A stretch of 36,237 nt of DNA from Candidatus Hermodarchaeota archaeon. GTDB taxonomy: Archaea > Asgardarchaeota > Lokiarchaeia > Sigyniarchaeales > SOKP01. The position numbers were made by a program, and so were the translations under genes. Numbering within the stretch: the stretch's first letter is position 1; each line of letters opens with the position of its first letter. A model generated the notes under the pieces. That model saw nothing but the letters and a program-made list of their open reading frames with translations, did not search any database and was not told the origin of the DNA. Shown here in pieces: positions 8,644 to 17,800 of the stretch. The stretch is taken from assembly GCA_048885575.1 (NCBI GenBank), contig JBHLLM010000001.1:1-36237 (forward strand). The letters are read 5' to 3'.

Positions 8644-8925
8644 ATGGCTAATCGAGATACTCAATCCGATTTAGATAAAGCTTGGGAGCACTACGAGAAA
8701 ATCCGAGACTCTCTTAATGGTTTGTACGAAATTTTGAATATTAATTTAGACGAAAACAATATATTTTATCAATGTGCTGTTGATAATCTTGAGATTTTGA
8801 AGGAGACGATAATTGATCTTTTGAAGAAGGATTATAATCCAACTGAAATTAAAAAGAAATTGAGGGAGTTAGAATTTGATATGAAGAAAACTCTTTTTTT
8901 TGAGAAAAAGGAGAAGCAGAAGTAG
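8644..8925 (+). CDS. Hypothetical small helical/coiled-coil protein (93 aa)
   Basis: ORF co-directional with, and 38 nt after, the preceding small ORF. Charged, heptad-like sequence with no family motif. Confidence 0.45.
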   Translation: MANRDTQSDLDKAWEHYEKIRDSLNGLYEILNINLDENNIFYQCAVDNLEILKETIIDLLKKDYNPTEIKKKLRELEFDMKKTLFFEKKEKQK

Positions 8926-9080
8926 TTTATTTGAATCACCCTATTCATATTAATCCCATTCTATTAATTCTTACACTTTTTAGGCGTTCTATTCAAGTAT
9001 CACTTTCATTTAATAAGTAGATCTAGCTAATTTAAATTAAAGTTTTATTATTATTTTTTTAAAAAAAGAGGGAAATAATA

Positions 9081-9791
9081 ATGCTAACTATATTTGGCTG
9101 GATAGATGGGATTACCGCCTCTGGAGTTGTTATTTTTGGTTTTATATTTGGGTTTTTCTTCTTATATAAAGCGAGCAAGACTGGTGCTAATATTTTAAAA
9201 ATTTTAGGGATAGTTAACATTTTAGCCGGACTTATGTATTTAGGTGTATTTACAGATTTTCTTGTGGTTCTGCTTACAGAAAATAATCTGGATAATACTT
9301 ATGGATTGGTGGGGATTTTAAGTTACATTTGGTTTGCACCTGTAGTGATACTTGCCCTTTATATTGGTGCTGAACTCTTAATACCCAAAAGAAAATGGTA
9401 TCTTATGATAGTAGTTATTATTATATGCTTAGTTTTTGAAATTCTTTTCTTCATTGACCCTATGGGCACATTTAATTTTGTTCCTCCACCTCCTTCCCTT
9501 ATAGGCCAATTATTAATAGATTATAATGTAAATATGTTCACACCAGCAGGAATTATAATGGCTCTAATGTTACTTTTAATTTTAGCCATTCTTGGGTTTG
9601 GTTTTTTAATAAAAAGTTTCCAGTCTACAGGAGTATTAAGGAAAAAATTCTTCTACTTATCAATGGGCTCTATATGTTTTTGCATATTTGGTTTACTAGA
9701 GGGCTTAACTGCTCCAGGAGTTATGGTAATTATCGTAAGGATCGGTTATCTAATTAGTTTCTGGTTGATGTACTATGGTTTAAAAGATTAG
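9081..9791 (+). CDS. Uncharacterised integral membrane protein with seven predicted TM helices
   Basis: Seven hydrophobic stretches of about 20-25 aa read by eye. An AGAGGGA SD-like element sits 8 nt upstream of the ATG. Confidence 0.65.
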   Translation: MLTIFGWIDGITASGVVIFGFIFGFFFLYKASKTGANILKILGIVNILAGLMYLGVFTDFLVVLLTENNLDNTYGLVGILSYIWFAPVVILALYIGAELLIPKRKWYLMIVVIIICLVFEILFFIDPMGTFNFVPPPPSLIGQLLIDYNVNMFTPAGIIMALMLLLILAILGFGFLIKSFQSTGVLRKKFFYLSMGSICFCIFGLLEGLTAPGVMVIIVRIGYLISFWLMYYGLKD

Positions 9792-9900
9792 AAATTACTT
9801 ATTATTCTTTTTCTTTATTTTTTAGTTTTAAATGGCAAATTAAAAATTGGTTTATTTCTTTCTTCAATTAACATTTATTATTTAACATAGGGAACTTTTT

Positions 9901-10923
9901 TTGTCTAAATTTAAATCTGCAATCGATGAAATTGATGGTGTTTACCGAATTAAAATTGATGTTCCTTTTCAAGTGAAATTCGTATGCAGTTACCTTTTCC
10001 AGTTAAAGGACCAATATGTTCTAATCGATGCAGGTTTCAATAGTCCTTCATGGAGGAAGAAATTTCTACAAGAAATCAAAAATATTGGATTGAGTGTTGA
10101 GGATATAGATATTTGTATAATTACTCATAACCATATAGACCATATTGGGCTAATTAAAGACTTTAAACAGATTAACCCAAAAATTAAGATCGTTATGCAT
10201 AACATAACTAATAAAATTTTAAAGTGGGAAACAGATAAGTCAAATAAGGAGGAAATTGAAAAAGAGGCAATTAGAATTTCTATTGAGATGAAGAATTATG
10301 GATTGAGTGAAGCGGAGAGGTTAAGAATTGTACAATTTTTTACTTATTGGCCCAAATTAAGGAATTACCAAGCACCAGATGAAATAGTAAACGATAGCGA
10401 TGCTATTTTAAATGATTTAGAAATTATTTGGACTCCCGGACATAGTTTTGGCCACATTTGTGTTTTTAATCATAAAAGGAAGTATCTCTTCAGTGGAGAT
10501 CACATATTAAGTCGTATAACGCCTCACATAGGTAATTTTATAATCCCTGATTTTCTCACTGATGAATATGAGAACTATAACTTCAAGAATGTACTTGATC
10601 AATACCTTCAGTCATTAGATAGAATTAGCGAATTAAATCCTATAATTATCTTTCCAGCTCATCAGGAAATAATATATAGTCCACATGAAAGAATTAATGC
10701 AATTAAAGAACATCACTCAAAAAGACTTAATGATATATATAATCTAATAAAGAATAATCCGCTAACACCGAAAAGAATATCTCAAATTCATTTTGGTGAA
10801 GATTTGGATGAGATTAACTCCTATATGGCGCTAAGTGAAGTTTTGGGACACTTGCTTTATCTTGAAGATCTTGGAAAAATAGAGAAACTTGAAAAAAACG
10901 GCAAATTTTATTATAAAAGTTAA
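9901..10923 (+). CDS. Metallo-beta-lactamase fold hydrolase
   Basis: HxHxDH motif (ITHNHIDHIG), downstream TPGHSFGH and the D/H ligands (SGDHIL, PAHQE). Apparent TTG start. Confidence 0.8.
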   Translation: MSKFKSAIDEIDGVYRIKIDVPFQVKFVCSYLFQLKDQYVLIDAGFNSPSWRKKFLQEIKNIGLSVEDIDICIITHNHIDHIGLIKDFKQINPKIKIVMHNITNKILKWETDKSNKEEIEKEAIRISIEMKNYGLSEAERLRIVQFFTYWPKLRNYQAPDEIVNDSDAILNDLEIIWTPGHSFGHICVFNHKRKYLFSGDHILSRITPHIGNFIIPDFLTDEYENYNFKNVLDQYLQSLDRISELNPIIIFPAHQEIIYSPHERINAIKEHHSKRLNDIYNLIKNNPLTPKRISQIHFGEDLDEINSYMALSEVLGHLLYLEDLGKIEKLEKNGKFYYKS

Positions 10924-11140
10924 GAGTAAAGATATTTTGCTTTATCTAATGGATAATTTTTATAGCATGAGGATAAACTCTTTTCTTTTTGCCATTATTT
11001 ATATTAAAAGTATTCAACCAGTGCTTTTAGCTATTAAATTGGGAAAAGATGAGTTTAAAAGGTATTGTAATTATCTAACGAGCGTTTTTCTCAAAACTCA
11101 AGTGTATCAAAACGAAAGAATAAAGGAAAAAGAAAACTAC

Positions 11141-11602
11141 CTAAATAGGAACTTTTTCATTTTGAGAGACGGTCTTAATTGGCTTTAACACGACGCAAAC
11201 TCGTTCTACGCCTTTAACATCGCTTCTACCTCTAAAAGATTCTATAACTGCATCGAGTTCATTTATTTCTGGAACATTTACTTTAACGAGAATACCACAT
11301 TCTCCTGCTAGGAAATATACTTCTTCACATTGAGGAAGAATTTGAGCTTCTCTTAGTAATTCTTTTATTTCGGATTGACTTCTTGGGATTAAAGTGATAA
11401 ATGCTATAATACACCGCTCGTCCTCTCTACAAACTTTTATAGTGAACTTCTCTATAACATTTTCTTCTTGAAGTTTAATTACTCTTTTTCTTACGGTAGA
11501 TTCACTTAATCCTATTACGTCTCCTATTTCTCGATAGGGTCTTCGTGAATCCTCGATTAACATTTCAAGAATTAACTTATCTTTTTCATCTAAATTTTTC
11601 AT
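11141..11602 (-). CDS. Lrp/AsnC family transcriptional regulator, last gene of the hdr-met cluster
   Basis: N-terminal HTH (LDEKDKLILEMLIEDSRRPYREIGDVIGLSESTVRKRV) followed by a RAM/ACT-like ligand domain. Typical size of 153 aa. Confidence 0.85.
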   Translation of the reverse strand: MKNLDEKDKLILEMLIEDSRRPYREIGDVIGLSESTVRKRVIKLQEENVIEKFTIKVCREDERCIIAFITLIPRSQSEIKELLREAQILPQCEEVYFLAGECGILVKVNVPEINELDAVIESFRGRSDVKGVERVCVVLKPIKTVSQNEKVPI

Positions 11603-11679
11603 AATTCTATCACACCTTCCAATTTACTCAATATAAAAAAATATAAATTTAATATTAAAAATTATTTTAATTTACTTTA

Positions 11680-12630
11680 TTAACAGTACTTAGGGAAGTC
11701 TTTAAGCAACGGTTCAAAAAGTCTTTCATATTCTACGGCCATACAATGAATCCCTGCTGCTTTAGTCGTTTTTTTAATTTCTTTAATGAATGGTTCAAAG
11801 TATTCAATGTTGATTTTATCAAGCGCAGCGTATTTAGCTGGTTTATTTCCTTTGTTATCTTTTTCTGCTTTTTTGAGCGCTTTAAGAAGATCTTTTGGAA
11901 CTGAGACTCCTGGAATATAATTATCAAAATACCAAGCAATTCCGTGAGATTTAAGGGGAAATACACCAAGTAGAACAGGCACATTAAACTGCTCTAACTC
12001 TTTAAGGAAATCTTTTGCCTGATCTATATCAAAAGCCGTCTGAGTTTGAATAAAATCAATACCTCGTTCCACCTTACGACCTACTTTAAGTATCTCTGGT
12101 TCTCTTGGATTACTATTTGGGTTGGCAACACAACCAAAGTTCATTTCAATTTTTCCTCCCTCAATTTCGTTTCCTTCATAATCGGTGCCTTCATCAATCA
12201 TAATAGAAAGCATTTCAGCAAATTGCGTGCTATCAATATCATAAACAACTCGACCTTTTTTATGATCACCTAAAGCGGTATGATCACCTGTTAATGTTAA
12301 TATATTTTTTAATCCTAATACAGCACCAGCTATTACATCTCCAAAAAGTGCTACACGATTGCGATCTCTAACAGTTACTTGCCATACGGCCTCAATTCCG
12401 ACTTTATCTTGTATCATGTAACTCGGTACGAGGGACGACATGTATGCATCACCTTGTGGACCATCAGTAACATTAGCAGCTACGATTTTCCCAGTTTTCT
12501 TCATTTCTTCAGCAGAATGAAGAATTTCACTAAGATCCAATATTTTCTTAGGTTCAAGTTCGCCCGTGAAAACAAAATGCCCATCACGAATTGCTTTTAC
12601 TAAGTTACTATATGCTGGTCTTTTAGTCAT
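11680..12630 (-). CDS. metF: Methylenetetrahydrofolate reductase-like catalytic subunit MetF (copy 2, Hdr-linked)
   Basis: Same MTHFR signatures as copy 1 (TGELEP, ANVTDGP, LTLTGDH, FIQTQTAFD). The start abuts the metV stop with zero spacing. Confidence 0.85.
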   Translation of the reverse strand: MTKRPAYSNLVKAIRDGHFVFTGELEPKKILDLSEILHSAEEMKKTGKIVAANVTDGPQGDAYMSSLVPSYMIQDKVGIEAVWQVTVRDRNRVALFGDVIAGAVLGLKNILTLTGDHTALGDHKKGRVVYDIDSTQFAEMLSIMIDEGTDYEGNEIEGGKIEMNFGCVANPNSNPREPEILKVGRKVERGIDFIQTQTAFDIDQAKDFLKELEQFNVPVLLGVFPLKSHGIAWYFDNYIPGVSVPKDLLKALKKAEKDNKGNKPAKYAALDKINIEYFEPFIKEIKKTTKAAGIHCMAVEYERLFEPLLKDFPKYC

Positions 12631-13329
12631 TTAACCTTTCGCCTCCTCTTTTTTTTCTTCTTCATTGGTATACTCTTTATAGATGGGAATATATCCTGGG
12701 CTTGTCGATGTTCGATAATCTCGAGGAGGTCGATATTTTGTAAAAAGATCAAGTCTATCAAATTCCTTTAATCGTGTCCAGATACGTACCCAAGCGCAAG
12801 GAATTGTATACCCCCCAACTTCACACATACCCTCCACCATACCTCCACACGGTCCGTTACTTAAATGTTTTGCACAACCTGCTCTGGGACAAACACCTCC
12901 TGTTTCCCCGATTACACAATCACCGCATTCTTCACAATATTCGATATAATTATTTTCACCATTATTTTGAACTCCTCCAAAATGGCTTTCTTGAGCTGGA
13001 AATGTTAACTTTGATGGGATAACCTTATTGAGCATTACTACACCAAGACCGCAAGCTAATGAAACAATTGCTTCAAAATCTTCAGCATATGGTCCAGTAG
13101 TTGTAGCTACAATTCTATCATCACATTGTCTTAAAACAGTTATTGCTTTCCATTTAAGTTCCTTACCTTCAGTTCTAGCCTTTAATTCCAAAAGTTGTCC
13201 AAGCAACTTAGCCTCGTTAAGTGAACGAGGTGGTTGACAACATCCATCACAACCGGCAATTAAGATTTTTTTGTATGGTTTAACCATTTCGTAAATTTCG
13301 TTTATATCTTTTTGTTGCGTAATTATCAT
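12631..13329 (-). CDS. metV: MetV Cys-rich subunit (copy 2, Hdr-linked)
   Basis: Cys motifs AGCDGCCQ, CEECGDC, CPRAGCAK and NGPCGG...CE...C. AGGAG SD upstream. Confidence 0.8.
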   Translation of the reverse strand: MIITQQKDINEIYEMVKPYKKILIAGCDGCCQPPRSLNEAKLLGQLLELKARTEGKELKWKAITVLRQCDDRIVATTTGPYAEDFEAIVSLACGLGVVMLNKVIPSKLTFPAQESHFGGVQNNGENNYIEYCEECGDCVIGETGGVCPRAGCAKHLSNGPCGGMVEGMCEVGGYTIPCAWVRIWTRLKEFDRLDLFTKYRPPRDYRTSTSPGYIPIYKEYTNEEEKKEEAKG

Positions 13330-13404
13330 ATTACAAAACTCCTTTTTTCCTTTTTTTACAGTATTCTTAAAATATATTATATGTAGTTAAAAAAATCACT
13401 CCTA

Positions 13405-14292
13405 TTAGGTTGTTAATTTTTCAATTAACTTATTTGGCTTTATACTTCTATTTTTCAGGCTGAGATCTTCAAGATCTATACCCAAAGCTATCGCCATCAC
13501 TTCAGCGAGATATAGGACAGGAATATCTAATTCCTTCCCTGTTCTACGAGCAACTAATTTCTCTTTCCTGTCGTACTGAGTCGTACAAGCAGGACAGACA
13601 GCAATTAATGCATCAACATCAGGTTCAAGCTCACATAGTTCTGACATTTTGTCTTCAACTAATTTTTCACCAATTTCTTCTTGTAATCTAGCACAAAAGC
13701 CGCAACATTCTAATTTGTTAGCAAATTCAACTGTTTTAGCACCAAGTGCTTCGAGTATTATGTCAATTTTTTCAGGTTTTTCTGGATGGTCAAAACGCAT
13801 TATTTTACTAGGCCTTATTAAGTGACAACCATAGTGAACGGCGAGATTTAGATCATCTAAGGGTTTTACTAGTAGATTTTTGATTTTTTCAAGCCATTCT
13901 GGTTGACTGAATAATTCAACAAAATGGTATACTTTTGTTTTACCTGTATAATTGTAACCGATTTTTTTAATCACTCCATTAATCTTTTCCAGATATTTAT
14001 CATCTTCTTCTAGTAAAACGCTTACTGTTTTTAGCGTTTCATAGCAACCAGAACAGATTGTAATAATATTTAGTCCCATTTTTTCGGCAATTGCAAGATT
14101 TCTTGCCCCTAAAGCAACCCAAGTATCGACATTTAACGATTGTAGAGACACAGGTTCAGGACAGCAGCTAACACCTTCCATTTCTTTTAATTTAACATCT
14201 AAAATTCCTGCTACATCTCGAAATGCTTTTTCCAGATGAGGCAATTTGAGAGGTATTGTACAACCTATGAAAAAACCATATTCTTCAACCAT
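13405..14292 (-). CDS. hdrB: Heterodisulfide reductase subunit B-like (two CCG domains)
   Basis: CCG-domain cysteines: GVSCCPEP...CSGC and CHL...ECCGF...CPAC. GGAGGAGG SD upstream and a 2-nt gap from hdrC. Confidence 0.85.
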   Translation of the reverse strand: MVEEYGFFIGCTIPLKLPHLEKAFRDVAGILDVKLKEMEGVSCCPEPVSLQSLNVDTWVALGARNLAIAEKMGLNIITICSGCYETLKTVSVLLEEDDKYLEKINGVIKKIGYNYTGKTKVYHFVELFSQPEWLEKIKNLLVKPLDDLNLAVHYGCHLIRPSKIMRFDHPEKPEKIDIILEALGAKTVEFANKLECCGFCARLQEEIGEKLVEDKMSELCELEPDVDALIAVCPACTTQYDRKEKLVARRTGKELDIPVLYLAEVMAIALGIDLEDLSLKNRSIKPNKLIEKLTT

Positions 14293-14294
14293 AA

Positions 14295-14825
14295 TTACTC
14301 ATCCTCCTCCATTCTTGCGAGATCTCCAAGTCCCGTTTCATCTATTATAAATCTAATTTCTTCTAAATTTGGGGATGTAAATTGAGGTAAACCTAATCTA
14401 TTTCGCCTTTTATCGATGTTATCTTTCAAGCCTCCTGTGTACGGTACTACAAAACCGTTGTTATAGATCGTTACTATAGTGCTTGAGTATTCTTTCGGTA
14501 TTTTACCGCCTTTAACTGCCATGTTTCTTAGGAGAGCTAAAATAAAAGAATAATCAACATTTTTAGGACATCTTTCAGTACATCTATGACATAATGAACA
14601 TGTCCAGATAGCTTGGCTTGCTAACACATCTTCTTTTAATCCTAAAAGACAAGAAGCAACTACCCGATGTGGTTGCATATCTACATACTCGGTTACTGTG
14701 CAACCTGAACTGCATACTCCACATTGGATACATTTTAATAGCGATTTAGCTCCAACTTTTTGACTAATTTCGTAGCGAAATTTAGTATCTAGCTCATTCA
14801 CATTCTTTTTTAGCATTTCAGTCAT
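14295..14825 (-). CDS. hdrC: Heterodisulfide reductase subunit C-like (2x[4Fe-4S] ferredoxin-type)
   Basis: CIQCGVCSSGC and CSLCHRCTERCP motifs. I chose the ATG at 14825, which is preceded by GGAAGGTG. The ORF track starts at an upstream TTG (14831) that would overlap the hdrA stop by 4 nt. Confidence 0.85.
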   Translation of the reverse strand: MTEMLKKNVNELDTKFRYEISQKVGAKSLLKCIQCGVCSSGCTVTEYVDMQPHRVVASCLLGLKEDVLASQAIWTCSLCHRCTERCPKNVDYSFILALLRNMAVKGGKIPKEYSSTIVTIYNNGFVVPYTGGLKDNIDKRRNRLGLPQFTSPNLEEIRFIIDETGLGDLARMEEDE

Positions 14826-14827
14826 TT

Positions 14828-17800
14828 TCAAACACCTTCCTTAGCTTTTTCTTTTTTAGGTTCGATTTTGTCTCCTGTTTTAGGCATAGGACCTAAATCT
14901 TTAATTCTATTAGTAAATTCAGTAACAACTTGAGAGAATTTCTTTCCTTCACTAGCAGAAACCCATTCTAATCGATATCGTTCAGGATTGATGCCTACTT
15001 TTTCAAGTATCTCGTGAATTTCATTAAATCGTCTCAGCATATCGTAATTACCTTCTAAATAATGGCAATCTCCTATGTGGCACCCACCAATAAATACACC
15101 ATCAGCCCCTTCTAAAAATGCTTGTAAGATAAAGCTTTTGGGAATTCTACCCGTGCACATAACACGAATCGGTCGAATATTGGTTGGATATTGGAATCTA
15201 CTTACACCACAAGTATCAGCACCAGCATAACTACACCAGTTACATAAGAATGCCACTATGCGAGGACGCTCGTCTAGGAACTCTCCTCGAACAGCTTCAC
15301 GAATCATTGATAAAATCTGATCATCCGAGAAGTGACGCATAGTTATCGCTCCAGCAGGGCATGCAGCAGAACAATCACCACATCCTTTACATAAAAGCGG
15401 ATTTGATTCAGAAACTAATTTCTCGTTCTCAAAATTAACACCAATAGCTCCAAAATTGCATACTTCCTCACATTTCTGACAAGCAATGCATAATGCGGGA
15501 TCTACAATTGAAACTAATGGCTCATTTTCAACTTCACCTGAAATAAGAGGGATTAATGCATGTGCTGCTGCAGCTCTACCTTGAGATATTGAATCTGCTA
15601 TTCCCTTGGGACTGTGACAAGTTCCTGCTAAATAAATACCATCGGTTGCAAAGTCAACAGGTCTAAGTTTTACATGAGCTTCTAAAAAATAACCGTTTTG
15701 ATCTCTAGCACATTTGATTTGTTCTCCTAAACGTTTAGTATCAAAAGGTATTAACGGAGTCGATAACACTACTCTATCAGCAGTAATCGTAAGATTCGTT
15801 TGAGTTAATATATCTTTTACATTAACTCGAAATTCCCCATTAACTTCTTCATAATCGGGATATTCGTTGAATCTTATATAATTGATATCTTCGCGAGCTT
15901 TCCAATAAAATTGTTCTTCATCTGTACCCACCCGAATATCTCGGTATAACACATAAATGTTAGAACTCGGATAATTTTCTTTTACATATAAAGCGTGCCT
16001 TATAGATTCGGAACAACATATTAACGAGCAATAGGTTACTCCATTACCACCTTCAGGCTGTCTAGATCCAACACAATGGATGAAAACGAAAGTCTCACCG
16101 TCTTTTAATTCATTATTCCTCAATTTTTCAGACAGCTCAAGTTGAGTCATTACTTTATCATTATTTCCATAGTTATACCAACCTTCTGGTTTATATTCAT
16201 AAGCACCTGTCGCAGTAATAATTACTCCCACATTGAGATTAGTTTTATTATCCCCAGAATTGTTTTGCAAAGTTACCTTAAAATCACCGATAGATCCTTT
16301 AATGTCAGCTACTTTAGAACTCAGATACGTAGTAATGTTCTTCATATTATTGAGTTCATTTAATTTGTTTTTGAGGAACTGCTTTGATTCGATTCTATCG
16401 AAATTGATTTTATATATTAAGTTAAGTTGACCACCAAGTTTGTCTTCTTTTTCAACAAGATGTACTTTAAATCCTTTTTTAGCTATCTCCATCGCGGCAC
16501 TCATTCCAGAAACTCCACCTCCCACTACTAAAGCTTCTGGGACTACTTTACCTTTTATTCTAAATTCTGGTTTTTGAGCAGAGACACGGACTACGCCCAT
16601 TCTAATCAAATCTTTTGCTTTATCTGTAGCTCTTGGATTGTCATTCATATGAACCCATGAATCTAACTCGCGGATGCTAACAAAATTAAACAAATATTCA
16701 TTTAATCCCGCTTCTCTAATGGTTTTCTGAAACAAAGGTTCATGAGTTCTTGGTGTACATGCAGCTACGACTACTCTATTAAGATTTAGTTCTTTAATTT
16801 TTTCTTTGATAATATCTTGAGTTAATTGTGAGCAGCTATACTTATTCTCCATTGTGTATACAACATTTGGGAGTGTTTTTGCATATTCTACTAAACTAGG
16901 GACATCTACATACCCTGCTATATTAACTCCACACCTACAAACAAATACACCAATTCTAGGTTCGTCTCCTTGTTTTACTGGAATTAAAGGGGTTAAAATA
17001 ACTTCAGTTTCTTCTGGACTCAATGGTACAGCATGATTAGCTGCGAGAGCTGCAGCTCCACCTGCTTTCGCTACGGAATTTGCTATATCATCAGGTGATT
17101 GACAGGACCCTGTAACATAAATTCCTTCTCTAGTAGATCGCAAATCTTCAGTGGAATCTTGCGTTTTATAGAAACCTAATTCGTTTTGTTCAATACTTAA
17201 TATCTTTGCTAAGTCTACAGCGTCTTTACGAGGAGTAACAGCATTTGCTAACACTACTAAATCATATTTATCTACTTGGACATTCCCATTATCCAAATTA
17301 GCAGACTTCACTAATAGTTCATGAGTTTTAGGATCTTCTCGAATATCACCAGGAATTCCATGATGGTAATGAAGGTCGTACTCTTCTTTCGCTCTTTCAA
17401 TAAATTCTTCCTGATTTTTGCCTATCACTCTAATATCGTTGAAATATATTGTTACATTTGTATCAGGTGCGTGCTCTCTTGTTACTACGCCTTCTTTTGC
17501 CATGTACATACAACAAAATTTGGAACAATATGCACACAAATCTTCATTTCGAGATCCTACACACGCAATAAAAGCAATTTTATATGCGTGTTCCTTATCC
17601 GATGGTTTCAAAAGCTCACCTCCAGTAGGACCAGAAGCGCTTAATAACCGCTCGTATTGCATTGCTGTAATAACATTTGGATATTCACCATAATGGTATC
17701 TATCCAAAACTGAAGGATCTAATAGATCAATACCTGTTGCGACGATAATAGAAGCTACATTATATTCTGCGACATCATCTTTCATATCCCAATTTATTGC

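Noticed and set aside
10889-11188. 99-aa ORF bridging the end of the MBL gene and the end of the lrp gene
   Set aside because: It overlaps two well-supported convergent genes at both ends. The translation is hydrophobic and low-complexity with no motif. The real content here is probably a convergent terminator region.
11733-11984. 83-aa same-strand alternative-frame ORF within metF copy 2 (also 20917-21189 within pckG)
   Set aside because: These are out-of-frame overlaps with genes whose own frame shows family motifs throughout. The Lys-rich, low-complexity translations are typical of frame-shifted AT-rich coding DNA.
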